From the human T2T-CHM13v2.0 reference genome, Homo sapiens: a stretch of 64,000 bases of DNA. Position numbers and translations under genes: made by a program. Of the stretch, positions 1 through 14,685 are shown one piece after another (position 1 is the first letter of the stretch; every line of letters begins with the position of its first letter). Below the pieces are notes generated by a model. That model made no database searches. It was not told the origin of the DNA and saw nothing but the letters and a program-made list of their open reading frames with translations. The DNA lies in NCBI RefSeq assembly GCF_009914755.1, contig NC_060935.1. One strand, given 5' to 3'.

Positions 1-97
1 TGGACATGTTATTCGCTCTGTAATAATATAGGCTGCCTTTTAATTACTGGTGTAAATATTTTTGAATTTTTTCTATAAGCCAAGTTCAGTTGTCATA

Positions 98-490
98 GGC
101 TATAGTTTGAATGTTCACGTTGCCTTCAAACTTCATGTTGAAACATAATCCCCAAGGAAACAGCATTCAAATGTGGGGTCTTTACAAGCTGATTAGGTCA
201 GGAAGACTCCTCCCTTATGAATGGGATTATAAAAGAGGCTTCACATAGCATTTGGCTTTTTGCCCTGCTGTCCCTGCTGCCATGTGAGGACACAACATTC
301 ATCCTCTCCTTAGGATGTAGTCTTCAAAGTGCCATCTTGTAAGCAGAGAGAACTATCCCTCACCAGACACCAAATCCACTGGTACCTTGATTTTGGACTT
401 CCAGCCTTCAGAACTGTAAGAAAAAAAAAATCTGATCTTTGTAAATTACTCAGACTAAGTTATTTCATTATAGCAGCACAGAATTAGAAA
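98..490 (+). mobile_element. MaLR solo LTR, MSTD-like
   Basis: Starts GCTATAGTTTGAATG; contains GCCATGTGAGGACAC, GCCATCTTG..AGCAGAGA, CTCACCAGACACC, TTGGACTTCCAGCCTTCAGAACTGT and ends TTATAGCAGCACA, typical of MST/MLT1A LTRs. Confidence 0.85.
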
Positions 491-1458
491 CCGTATGTAA
501 TTGCTCCCTCTCTGCCTACAGGAATACATTAAAATTTTCTGTTTTGTGTATTTAAAGGTGATCCAATGACAGCCTTTATTGAGGAAGCGCTTTGTTTTTC
601 AGAAAGTTGGAAGAGGCGAATTCATTTAAAATATCTTACCCATTTCTCTATGATGTACCTAGGACATTGCTGAACTTTTCTCTTGCTATCCTCTAGAGGA
701 GATTTAAATTGCTAGCTAAAATGTCATTAGCAAACTACTGTGGTGATTGGGATGAATAACTGAATAAATGAACAGATAAATTGGTCAGTAGATTAACAGA
801 CAATCCAGTGTGACTTAAAAAAATACCATCAAACATTCTTGGAATGTTAGGTAATTATTTAAAGAGGAAAATAAGTGATAAAATAAGAAACCATAAATGA
901 AGTAAATGTTATAATTTGTGTTTTGTATATAGGTTCTTGACTTACTAACTATATTCACTGTTTTCCATTCATGTTATTACTAAAAACGATGTTTTAAGGT
1001 TTGAGTTTATTATTTATAGTTTTCTACATAAATAAAGGGCTTCATTAAAATTCTGATTTCATAATTAACCTCTACAAACACAGGCCCCATGGTATTATAA
1101 AACAATTGCCACTTTAGAATTTTTGAAAAGCATTATCCGGTAGAAAAAAGTAACTGCTTTATTTGAGTTAAATTAAGGCTCTTAAAATCAAATCTTAGCT
1201 ATGCCGTAGCCACACAGTTTCAGTAAGAGTGCAGCATGAGGTCACAGGAAGAATAGAATATACAAGTGATTATCCAAGAAATGAAGAGAGTCTGTAGTTG
1301 TCTGTCCTGGGGAAAGTCACCTTTACATTCATTTGCTTTTTGACTATAACCTATAGGAAGGCACAAACTATAAAAAATAAGTCTTGTTTATCGTAGGGAC
1401 TCAACAATATGTAACAATTGAAGAATGTGTGGGTCTGAGATCCTTTAAGGATTTATAA

Positions 1459-1783
<325 letters not shown>

Positions 1784-2053
1784 TGCTTTTTGTCATTATA
1801 GTTTTCACCCTAAACACTGCGAAAGGAAGGGCTAAAATATCCTGCATATGGGCATAAAATAAGATCTAAATGTCCCATATTTCTCCCTGTCTCACATTAT
1901 CAGGATCTCCTTTGGCTTCTGCTTGCACTAGTTTATCAGCTTGTGGCCCCACTAAACTATCTCAGCAGCTCACAGTTTTAAGCAGATGTGAGTCTCTGTC
2001 CAAATTTTTACTGAAAAAAAAAAAAACAAAACAGGTAAAAAGAAATCACTTCC

Positions 2054-2348
2054 TTTTTTTTTTTTTTGAGACAGAGTCTCAGTCCATCACCCAGGCTTGG
2101 GTGCAGTGTCATGATCTCGGCTCACTGCAACCTCCACCTCTGGGTTCATGCAATTCTCATGCCTCAGCCTCCCAAGTGGCTGGGATTACAGGTGTGTGCC
2201 ACCACACCCAACTAATTTTTGTATTTTTAGTAGAAATGGGGTTTTGCTATGTTGGCTAGGCTGGTCTTGAACTCCTAAGCTCAAGTGATCTGCCCGCCTC
2301 AGCCCCCCAAAGTTCTGGGATTACAGGCCTGAGCCACGGCACCCTGCC
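2054..2348 (-). mobile_element. Full-length older Alu (AluS/J)
   Basis: Complete dimeric Alu in reverse orientation with GCTCAAGTGATCTGCCCGCC. Confidence 0.93.
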
Positions 2349-2940
2349 AAAAAAAAAAAAAAAATAACAACAACAAAAAAACAAAAAAACACCTTCTGAT
2401 ACAACACATTTATGTGTGACAGTCTGAGGGTAAATTCAGGGCTATCGTTTAGGTCATAGGTAGTGGTGTAAGGCCAAACTGGCTTTATGGCTGTTGTCCA
2501 TTTGATTGCTTAGCGTGTGTATCTTCATTGATGATTGTCCATGCTATATGACTTGTTAAATGTTTTAAATATTAGTGCTGGTTGTGGTAAGATGAGAGTA
2601 AAGATGGAGATCCTTAACAGTTCATGAATACAAACACCTTCTAAAAGGAATATACACATTTCTGTCTTAAAAGCTCCTTAGCTACTCCTCCACCATTTAG
2701 CTCACATACTGCAGTCTTTTCCCTCTCAAACTATTTTTTATTCTTCTCTCCTTCACCCTTACATTCTGAACATTTATAATGTTGAAAAGTTTTAGCCATC
2801 TCTCTTATTTGCTGATTTTTCTCAACTCATGCCTTAAGGGTTCAACTTGTACTCCTAAAAGTTTACACATTTATTTTCTTAAACAGAGACAATTACCTCC
2901 TAAGAGAAGTTGTGGTATAAGTTATAAGGATCATATTTTG

Positions 2941-4060
2941 TTTATTTTTTAATTTAAATAGACTGTTTCTTAAAGCAGTTCTATGTTCACAGCAAAATTA
3001 AGTGGAAGGTAGAAGAGTACTCATTTACTTCCTGCCTTCTCTGCCACACAGAGCCTCCCTATCATTGACATCCCTGAACCAGAGTGGTACACTTGTTACA
3101 GTCTGTGAGCCACATTTGACACATACTTATTACCCCAGATCAGTAGTTTACATTAGGGTTCACTCTTGGTGATGCACATTCTGTGGGTTTTGACAAATGT
3201 AAAATAACATCTACCCACCATTATAGTATCATGCAGAGTAGTTTTAATGCCTTAAAAATATTCTATACTGGAACTGTTCATTCCCCTCTGCCCCCAAGCC
3301 CTGGCAATCATTGATCATGTTATTATTTCCACAGTTTTGCCTTTTCCAGAATGTATTATAGTTGGAATCATACAGTAGGTAGTATTTTCTGGTTAACTTC
3401 TTTGACTTAGTAATACTCATTTAAGGCTTGATAGCTCATTTCTTGTTAGCAATGAAAAATACTCCATTATCTGGATATGCCTCACTTGCGGAATGACATC
3501 TTGGTGGTTTCCAAACGGTGTTAATTATGAATGAAACTGTTATAAACAGCTGTGTACAGATTTTCGCATGGATAAGTCTTTAGCTCATTTAGGTAAATAC
3601 CAAGGAGTGCAATTGTTGAATTGTATGGTAAGAGTATGTTAACTTTGTAACAATTGACAGACTGTCTTCCAAAGTGACTGTACCATTTTGCACTCCTGTC
3701 AGCAACGAATGAAATAATTCCTGTTGCTTTACATTCTCAACAGCATTTAGTGTTGTCAGTGTTCTAGATTTTGGGCATTGTAATAGGTATGTAGTTGCGT
3801 CCCATTGTTGTTTTACTTTGTAATTCCCTAATGAAGTATTATTTTGAACATTTTTATATGCTTATTTGCCATCTGTATATCTTTTTTAGTGAATTCTTTT
3901 GAGATTTTTTTCTGTTTTTTAATTGGGATTTTTTTTATTAACATTTAAATGTTCTTTGTACATTTTGGATGACAGTTCCTTTGTAAGATATGTTTTTGCA
4001 AATATTTTCTTCCAGTCTGTGGTTTATATTCTCACTTTCCTGCAAGTGTCTTTCATAGCT
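2941..4060 (-). mobile_element. L1MC1/L1MC2-like 3' end
   Basis: TAGACT..AGCAGTT..GTTCACAGCAAAATT, TTACATTAGGGTTCACTCTTGG, TTTTGCCTTTTCCAGAATG, GTAAATACCAAGGAG characteristic of L1MC 3' UTR and ORF2 end. Confidence 0.85.
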
Positions 4061-5377
4061 TTTTCATTCTGTTATGGTTGTGTTATAGTATCTGTAATGG
4101 GAATTAGAGACCCTGAAAGAAGTTTAATAGATTACTTCTAAGCTGCCTTCCTACTCTTAACTCCTTAAGAAGTATATTTTTATACTGAAGAAGTATATTT
4201 TTCAAGTGACATTTTAATATTAAAACCTATCACAAGGTATGATTATGAATAAAAGCTGGCAAACTCATTTAGAAATATTCAATAGCTTTTGCTTTTAAAA
4301 AGATTTTGTTTTAACTAATGTTAATAAAATCAAAGGAAATATCCCTCCCCCATATATTAATTATTACTATATCCTTGCATACATTTAACTGGAAGGTAGA
4401 AAAGTTGACTAACAAGAGTCTGGGCTAAATAAAGCCTATGATTTGACAGATCATTATTTTTTCAGGTTGTCTATTAAAGTATGAGAAACAAGAATACTAT
4501 GAATAAAATCAGATTCTCCTGTTTAGTTTCTTAAATGTTTCCTTTATGGTGAGGAAGTATTGCCTATGTCTAAGAACAGCAGAATAGACCTTGTAAAGAT
4601 AGCCTGGGAAATAAAGATTGGAAGAAAAGTTACGATCAATTATGGGTTTCTTTAGTAAGATCTCTACCTATGTTTTTTTATAGGTCCCTTCTAAGTATAT
4701 GATTGCAGTCCAGAGGTATAGTCACATCAATTGTGTATTATATGCATAGATTAGCATTGCCTTTTCACAGACAATTTTCTGTTATTTTCCTGCCAATATA
4801 AATACCAAAGACTATTAAAGTAAGAAGAAGTTTCAGGAAAGGTAGATTGCATCTTGTCACAAATCGAAGCACAATGAGTAAGCTGATGTGACTTTTCCCT
4901 GCTAAGATCACTAGAAATCAGAGTTGTCTCATTAAATACACACTCAAAGAATGGAATGATTGCCAGACTTGCTGTGGTAAGACCTTTGAACATTTACAAA
5001 GATGCTTAGGTAAATTTTAGCCTTGTCACCCATTCTCAAGTTATTTAAACTTTACAATTTTGCAGATCTTATAGATGTACTTTCACTAACTCTTTCTTGC
5101 ATATTCTTGTTATATAAGAAAGAAATGAGGCTTAAAATACCAATTATAAAAGAATGAGTTATTTTAAATAAGAGATTTGGAATTATTTAAGCCATGTATT
5201 ATATAAAAAGAAATAACTTTTAAAAAATTCTAAAACTTAATATAGCCAGAAGTAATATAGAAAACAATAGAGGGTTTTTTTTTTTTCCTGAGAAACATTT
5301 GACTAAAACAACATGTGCTAATGCCAAACTTTCTGGCAATAACGTCTTTTTATACATGTGTCATATATATCACAATA

Positions 5378-6057
5378 TGTGTAGTTTCCAAGGATTGCCA
5401 TAACAAATTAGCACAAACCAGATGAGTTAAAAAGTCTCAGATCAAGGAGTCAGCAGGGTCGTGTTGTCTCTGAAGGCACTAGGGCAAAATGTGATCCATT
5501 CGTTTCTCTTAGCTTCTGGTATTGTCAACAATCCATGGTGTGTTTTCACTTGAAGATGCATCACTCCAATATCTTCCTTCATTTTCACATGGGGCTCTTT
5601 CTGTGTGGCTCTGTTTCTATATTTTCTCTCCTTATAAGGACCTATACTATAAGTGCCCCACCCTAATTAATTATAAGTTCATTTTAACTTGATTCTATTT
5701 ATAAAGACCTCTTCCTTTATCTTCACATGGAGCTCTTTCTGTGTAGCTCTGTTTCTATATTTTCTGTCCTTATAAGGACCCATACTATAAGTGCCCCACT
5801 CTAATTATAACTTCATTTTAACTTGATTATATCTACAAATACCTCTTCCTTCATCTTCACATGGAGCTGTGTGGCTCAGTCTGTTTCTGTTTTCTCTCCT
5901 TATAAGGACCCATACTATAAGTGCCCCACCCTAAGTAAGTATGATCTCGTTTTAACTTGATTATATCTACAGAGACCCTATTTCCAAATAAGGTCGTACT
6001 CTAAGGTTCCAGGAAGAACATGAATTTTGGGGAGGGTATTACTCTCAACCCAATACA
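5378..6057 (-). mobile_element. MaLR solo LTR, MLT1B/C-like, with internal triplication
   Basis: TG...CA termini, 5-bp TSD CAATA (5373-5377 and 6058-6062), motifs GCCATAACAAAT, GATGCATCACTCCAAT, CTATTTCCAAATAAGGTC. Confidence 0.88.
5572..5977 (+). repeat. Tandem repeat, 3 copies of 134-138 bp, inside the MLT1 LTR
   Basis: Units start TCTTCCTT at 5572, 5710 and 5844; each contains CCTTATAAGGACC..ATACTATAAGTGCCCCAC..TTTTAACTTGATT. Confidence 0.95.
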
Positions 6058-6084
6058 CAATATCTTATGTAAACTTTGGATACA

Positions 6085-6300
6085 GAACAATCTGAGCTTG
6101 AATTCCGACTCTGCTACTTAGTAGCTATGTAAGCTAAGACAAGTTAGTTAATCTTTCTGGTTATATATTAGTTCCTTTATATATAAAAGCATGATAAATC
6201 CCACTTTGTTTTAAAGTTTAGAAATGATATTTGTGAATTAACCAGAAAGTATCTGCCGCACAGAAGGTTCTAAAAATAGTAACTGTTATTATTTTATGAT
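6085..6300 (+). mobile_element. MIR SINE
   Basis: TTGAATTCCGACTCTGCTACTTAGTAGCTATGT..ACAAGTTAGTTAATCTTTCTG core, ending TGTTATTATT. Confidence 0.75.
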
Positions 6301-6619
6301 TATTATACAGAATTACAGCAGCTTCTTTCTTTTATAAACATTTTGCTTAATTGTAGAAGCAGTATTTTAGAAACAAAATACTAATCTTTACCAAACGTTT
6401 GGACAATTTAGTGAAAGTGTTGTCATACTGTTGCTTTGATGTTAAGGTATAATAACTTTGCTTTAGCTTTGCTAGCAGTATATTTCTCCAAGTCCAGCCA
6501 TCTTTCTGAGTATTATGCAGAAAAACACTGTCCTCAAGGTTGACCTTAATGACAACATTGTGGTTCATACCACTTCAAACCCTCCCTTTTTTTGCTCCTT
6601 GTAAGTTTCTTTTTTTATT

Positions 6620-7330
6620 TAATTGTTCAACCAATCAACAGCTATTTATAACCTATATGGAAAGTATTATATTAGGAATTATGAAAAACAGAAGTATTAT
6701 ATGATCCTGCTTACAAAGAACTTATACTTTATTTGTCAGACCAGACTAACGTATAACATATAAAGCATTATTAGGAAAATGAATTGAAATTTAATAAGAA
6801 ATCTGCCTTTTTAGCAAATATTATTCCAATCTTTAAAATGGGCCAGGCAGTACACAGAATATGCAAAGATGATTGAAATGATTTGTTCTTCAAGATGGTC
6901 TCAGATGAATGAGAGATGAATGAAAAGATAATTTTCATAGAATGTGATAAATTTAATTATAATCTTATGAGAGTGTTGTGTAACACAGAAAAGAATACTT
7001 AGATTAAAAGAGAAGGGCTTCAGGGCTTCTAGGAGAAGGTGACATGAATTGATTACTAAATGACTAGCAGTAGAAAGTATATTGGGGAAAGAACAGAAGA
7101 CAGGATAAGGAATTTTGAGGAAGAGGAAATAGTATTTGTGAGAAAATGCACAGGAGCAAAAATTATGCAAGCATTTTGAGGTTATTCATAATTCATAGTA
7201 TAAGATTAAAAGGCAGTATTGAGAAAAACATGTAATAAATCTGGAGTAAAAAGCAGAAGCAGATCTTAAAATGGTTTCAATATATGGTATTTTGTTCCGT
7301 ATTACCTGTGTGGACAAAGAGAATTGCAAT
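6620..7330 (-). mobile_element. Degraded L2 fragments
   Basis: TTCAACCAATCAACAGCTATTTAT tail-like start, ATCCTGCTTACAAAGAACTTATA, purine-rich L2-like body. Confidence 0.45.
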
Positions 7331-7379
7331 AGTATTCCAAAAGAATATGATGAAGGCTGGAGAACTGAGGAAATTAACA

Positions 7380-7560
7380 CTTATACTAGCTTTCTATTTT
7401 AAGTCGGTACAAGTTGCTTTTATATGCATTGTCCCATGCAATCCACATAGCAACTCTATAAGGTGGGTGTTCTCCCCATTATGCAGAAGAAAGAAGTAGA
7501 TCAAAGGTGTTAAGAAATTTGCCCTAGGTTACACAACAGATAAATGGCCATGTCTGTATT
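7380..7560 (-). mobile_element. MIR SINE
   Basis: AATCC..CAACTCTATAAGGTGGGT..CCCCATTATGCAGA..GTTAAGAAATTTGCCCTAGGTTACACA. Confidence 0.75.
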
Positions 7561-8049
7561 TGTTCAAAATGATGACATCATGAGGGAAAGGTGTGTGTTA
7601 TGGCCGAGCATAAGTCCTGTGAGGAAACACTTAGAAATTTTTACAATGAAATTCAGGTGATAGATTTACAGATTAGCCTTTTCTCACAGTACTTATTTTC
7701 AGCCATGACACCTACCTTCCCCTCATGAGTTCATCATTTAAAACAAATTCAGACATTGCCATTTATCTGCTGAAATAAATCTATATTATATAGGGGGCAA
7801 TGAAATTATGAAGGCACGTAAACTGAAGCCTACAGCACAGTTTCAAAGAGGGTGAAAATTGTTAGGAAGCTAGTGAAATTAACATCAATTTTAGGTTTGT
7901 TTCAGCTACTTGAGATATGACCCCAAGAATTTACCAAGGAAATGGTTATATTAATTCAGGTGTGAAGTCATAACCCCAGATCTAGGGTCAGATGACGAAT
8001 GCTAGAGAGGGTGTTTGCCGGTAGTCAGACTAAGAAAGATAGCATAAGA

Positions 8050-8170
8050 AAAAGGGAGGGAGGGAGGGAAAGAGAGAAGGAGAGGGAAAGAGAGAAGGAG
8101 AGGGAGGGAGGCAGAGAGAGAGCAAGAGAAAGCATTTAAAAGAAAGAAAGCATTTAAAAGAAAGAAAACT
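8050..8170 (+). repeat. GA-rich low-complexity tract with short tandem duplications
   Basis: GGGAAAGAGAGAAGGAGA x2 and AGAAAGCATTTAAAAGAA x2. Confidence 0.85.
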
Positions 8171-8767
8171 TAATGTAAAAAAGTATTTAAGTTCAAAATT
8201 GGTTGGCTATTGGAACATGAAGAACACGTGAAATATTTAGGGTAAGCAAGGCAATAGTCATGTAACTGACAGAGAAACTGTGCTGGAGGAGTCTAATTTA
8301 GTGAGGCCTATGGGGGTGGAGTGAAATGATACTTCAGTTTCAGACACACAGAGTTTGAGATGACAGTGAAATATCCAAACAGCACATCCATTAATCTCTA
8401 GATATTGCACACGAACCAGAATATGTAGTAGTGAGATGAAACATGCATGTGAGATTGTGTCTCCTTTTTTCTCCAATCCTTTTTTGATAGTTGGAAATCC
8501 TAACAGACAGAATCTGTGCTAAATAAGCAGGTGGTGTGAAGTGTCAGAGGAGTCTGATTTATTTTTCTTAACAGTTAGTTAAAAATAGAAAGTGTATTTG
8601 AAAAACATAGATTTTTGTTCAGTGACCTGTGTCACAGAACTGTCACAATTACGCTAATTCTGTAGTCCTTTTTGGAGGAGCGTCTGAGAGGATCTGGGGG
8701 CCATGGGCTACAAGCTAGGTTACTTTACCTCTCTATATGGTGACTTCAGAGAATGATTTCAAAATAG

Positions 8768-8905
8768 GATATATGTTCTAAAACTGGACTGTGCTGATTG
8801 CACAACTCTGTACATTTACTAAAAATAATGGAATCATAAACTTTGGGTGAATTTTTTGTTACGTTATACATTCATGAAGCTGTTAAAGAATAAAATAAAA
8901 TAATG
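8768..8905 (+). mobile_element. Old L1M (MB/ME) 3' terminal fragment
   Basis: ATGTTCTAAAACTGGA..TTGCACAACTCTGT..TTTACTAAAAA..GGGTGAATTTT..AAGCTGTTAAA plus A-rich tail. Confidence 0.7.
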
Positions 8906-9610
8906 CTATGTTTTTATTTCTTGCTAAAAATGGTTATGGATTAGTTCTGAGTGAATACCATTGTAAATGACTTGATTTTTAAAACTGCTGCCTAATAAAA
9001 TTCCAATTTATATGCAAAATATAGTATTAAATACACATGAATACTGACTCTCTTAAAGTAATATAATTAATAACAGCTTTGTTTACTTTATGTTATACTG
9101 TTTTTCTTGTCATATTCCTAACTATGTCTGGTTCATATAAAAATCCAAATTATAAGTTAAGAATAAATAGTGAAATATTACTATTTATTACACACACACA
9201 CAGAGGTTTGTTTTGTATCATGTTGACTACAACTTGGCAACAGACACCTGAGAACATCACTGTATATAATTTTTTCTGTGTTGCAAATTTTCAAAAGAAA
9301 AAAACGTTTTCTAATGATGTGGGTTATTTGTTTTATTGTAAATTGTTTAATCATTGTCTCATAGTTCTTGAATTCATTAATAGGGAACTGTACTGGGGGC
9401 TGTGATGAAAGATAAGTTAAAAATGGTTCATATTCTCAGTGAACGTTCCTGTATGACAAGGATGATATATGTGTAGAAGGTAATTATAATTTGGGTAAAA
9501 CGTGATAAGAACAGTAGTAATTATTATTTTAAGGCTGTTCAGAGTTGAAGGAGGTTGCCTTTAGGTATATGGATCAAAGTAAATCTTCAGGTAAAGTTTC
9601 TGTATTAGTT

Positions 9611-11088
<1,478 letters not shown>

Positions 11089-11324
11089 TCATTTGTTTAT
11101 TCAATGAGACAGGAAGGAAACCATTCTAGGAATATGTTCTTCAAATTTAATGTCTGTATCCCTATAGTACACAAATACTTTCAAAGTGGTAGGCAGACAG
11201 AAAGTTTTAAAGATTAATTTTCCACATCCTTAAGATTCTTATGAATTCTTTTCTTGTGAATTCATGGGAACACTTCTGATGTAAAAGCTTCATGCATTCC
11301 CCATTGAGTCTCCCTATCACAGTC

Positions 11325-11603
11325 TCCCAATAAACACATGTGACTTTGACATCCTTATTTGATAGCCCAAATCTATGCCAGTGTTTCCTAAATTTTATTG
11401 ATCCATGTATCACTGCTACGATTTTCCATCTCTCTGTATCAAAACATAACACATTTTCTGATTTCTGTCATATTCATATACTTTACTGTATCAACAATGT
11501 TTTCTCTGAATTTTTCATATTTACTTAAATGTATTTGTAATTATTTGAAATGTGTATCAGTTTTTCACTTGTCAGATATAGAATATAATGATACACATAA
11601 ATA
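11325..11603 (+). repeat. Duplicated copy of the MER3-end/MER113 junction found at ~13190-13466
   Basis: CATCCTTATTTGATAGC..GCCAGTGTTTCCTAAATTTTATT..TACTGTATCAACAAT..TTTTCTCTGAATTTTTCAT present in both copies. Confidence 0.85.
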
Positions 11604-12689
11604 CATTTCCCTTTATCAAAGAAAACACACTGTAGTCCATCCTTTACCATACAGAGATGCAACACCCAAGAGGGGAAAACAGTCAAAACACCAAACAAAA
11701 GGATAATCATAAATATTAATGTGGATGGTGGAAAGTAAAAATTCTAACTCATGTAAGCTGTAACTGACTTGATTTTAGCAATTTATCTTTTTAATATTAA
11801 AAGAGAATCTTTTTTGCTGATAAATTAATAATTTTATTGTGGATAATGTAGTTTTGGAATATAACTCAGAAGAAGTTTAAAGTATTAAGTAACATTGTTA
11901 CAACAAAGCCTTTTCTATTCCCATCTACTCAGTATCTGAACATGTTTTTAAATGCGTGTAGTCAAAAACTAGAAAATAGGTACACCCACCTCATTAAGAG
12001 ACAGAGTTCTAATACAATTTTACATTCGATTTAAGCATATTGTATATTAATTTAAGCAGCTGCTTACAAAAAAGATTATATTGATAACTTAATCCTAAAG
12101 AAAAAGAAGATTTTTAGTCTTGTGATCTGCATTTTAAAAATTGGTTTATATGAATTGTGTGTGTAGAGAAATAGAACAACCGTAAAAAATCTCAAGCATA
12201 ACCATATATTAAATTGAAAAAAATTCTATGGGCAAAATAGAATGAGAATGTTAGTTCAGTAAGATAAAGGGACAATATGAAATTTCTGACTCCTAAAAAG
12301 AGCTTGTTCACATATTTTTAAAATGAATTATTGTGGATTTCAAATAACCATGATATTTATATTATTTTTTTTCCAAAAGAATGATACAGTAGTATACTGG
12401 AAATGATATCATTAGCAATTATTTACATTTCTGTTGTAAAAATTTAGATATCAATCTACAAATATGTGATAGTATATATGATTTTAAAAATTATAGACTA
12501 TATGAGCAGAAAATTTTGAAGACCACTGTTGTAGAATAAAGGCCTAGATGTACAAAACCTTAAAAACTTTGATATATCTAGTAGTTCAATTATTTGATGA
12601 GTAGGACAAGGCTTGGAACACAAATTTGAAAAGACTGAGGTGCTCCTGGAAGGCTAATGCTACCAAATAGGAAAACAAGTTGGGTGACT

Positions 12690-13235
12690 CATGGAATTTC
12701 ACATTTTCTCCTAGTCAGCCACATTAAAAAAAAATAAAGAAGAAACACTGGAAATCAATTTTTTGTTGGTTTGTTTTTGTTTTTTGTTTTTGAGATGGAG
12801 TTTCACTCCTGTTGTCCAGGCTGGAGTACAATGGCGCGATCTTGGCTCACCGCAACCTCCACCTCCCAGATTCAAGGGATTCTCCTGCCTCCGCCTTCCC
12901 AAGTAGCTGGGATTATAGGCATGCGCCACCATACCTGGCTAACTTTGCATTTTTAGTAGAGTTGGGGTTTCTTCATGTTGGTCAGGCTAGTCTTGAACTC
13001 CCGATCTCAGGTGATCCGCCTGCCTCAGCCTCCCAAAGTGATGAAATCAATTTTTAAAAACCATTTATTTAATGCAATACATTCAACATCTCATTTAACG
13101 TATAATCAATATAAAAAATAGAATTTGGAATCTGGTGTGTATTTTACACCTATAGATCATCTCAACTTGGACTATCCAGATTTCACGTGCCTAGTAAACG
13201 CATATGGCTGTAGCATCCTTATTTGATAGCTCAAG
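12690..13235. mobile_element. MER3-like hAT fossil interrupted by an Alu
   Basis: AGCCACATTAAAAA..GAAACA..GAAAT, AATCAATATAAAAA, GTGTGTATTTTACAC..CATCTCAA.TTGGACTA. Confidence 0.7.
12759..13040 (-). mobile_element. AluSp-like, slightly 5'-truncated
   Basis: GAGTTTCACTC, CAATGGCGCGATC, CTCACCGCAACC, CTCAGGTGATCC; TSD GAAATCAATTTTT at 12751 and 13043. Confidence 0.93.
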
Positions 13236-13242
13236 TCTGGGC

Positions 13243-13775
13243 CAGTGTTTCCTAAATTTTATTCATTAATGTACTGCTCCTATAATTTTCCGTATCTCTG
13301 TATCACATCATAAATAAATTTTCTTTCTGTCATAGTCACATATATCTACTGTATCAACAATTTTCTCTGAATTTTTCATCCTTTTTACTTAAGTTTACCT
13401 ATATTAATTTGGAAAGTGTAGCAGTTTTTTACTTGTTAGATATGGAAGATAATGGTGTGAATAAATAGAATATAAAATATTATTACATGTCAAATACTTT
13501 TTGACCCAAGAAACTGAGCCTGAGTCCAGTTTCTCTATTAGAAAGACTAAGAAACAGTTGTTTAAGTGGGATATAAAGTATATTCAATTTTTTCTAAAAA
13601 TAATTGGGATTAAAGAAAAATAGTAAATATCACTATGTTACTTACTCTAAAGTCCACCTGAAACCATATATATATATACATATATACACCATCAGCATCA
13701 TGTGTTTCACTCACTGGGGACTAAATCTCAGTATGAAACACATACTTGAGTATGAGATTTAGTCACTGGGGAACA
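13243..13775 (+). mobile_element. MER113-like hAT-Charlie fossil
   Basis: Starts CAGTGTTTCCTAAA, internal CTGAGCCTGAG, TCACTATGT, CCACCTGAAACCAT, ends ..GGGGAACA. Confidence 0.6.
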
Positions 13776-14569
13776 TTTGCAGGTCTTTAGTAGGGATCAT
13801 AAGACACAACTGTATTTCATAAGTTAATCAGGCTAATCTATAGTACTAGAATTTGATTTGATATAGAAGATTAAAAACTCAGAACATTATTTTAATTTCT
13901 GTACCCTTCTTACATTTTATATATTTCTTTGTACTAAGGAACTTCATCATATTTTATTGGGGTCATTGAGACATATCTAACTTTTTAGCCTTTCAGATGA
14001 TCTAGAATGCTGTTACAAAAAAAGAAGCTAAGGAATGCTGGAATTTTTAATGTCAAAGACAACTATAGAAGAGTCTACACCTTTTTTGTTGTTTCTGTTG
14101 TTAATGGTGAGATATGAGTCCTAGAGAAGCCCTCTAGAAGGGTACACAAAAGGAAGTTATGAAAATGACTGATCTCTACTTGTTTATAGTCAATTAGATA
14201 TGAAGAACATGGATCTGTATTCTGGTGACATTAAATAAGAGTAGCCTAGAGTCAAATAATACAATCACATAATATAAAGATAAAATTGTTAAAGCACATT
14301 TATATCTGTCAAAGAGCAACCTCTAGGCTTCTAAGTTTTTATTACTCTAAATAATTTTACTAGCATCTTGAATATCATCTGTGATTAGAGAACATGAATA
14401 TTTTCTCTGGTAATCAAATGTTATTGCAAATAATATCGTACTTCCTACTGACACAATATTATTTTATTATGATTTAGCTATTAGATAAACATGTTTTTGG
14501 AAATTTTAACTTCATAGCTATACATCGTATGATAAACGTTTATTTAAACTAGAAGCAATTTCAAAAGGT

Positions 14570-14685
14570 ATTTCTGGAAGTTGCCTTGATTGGAATGCAA
14601 ACATATTTATCTGTAGAATAAAACAGGCCTTCACTGTCCCAAGCACAGAGAAGACATTCAGAAATATATTTTGAATGAATGAACA
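14570..14685 (+). mobile_element. L2 3' end fragment
   Basis: GCACAGAGAAGACATTCAGAAATATATTTTGAATGAATGAA tail. Confidence 0.55.

Noticed and set aside
2461-2580. Possible MER63-like hAT fragment
   Set aside because: Only the termini resemble the family; too diverged to call by eye
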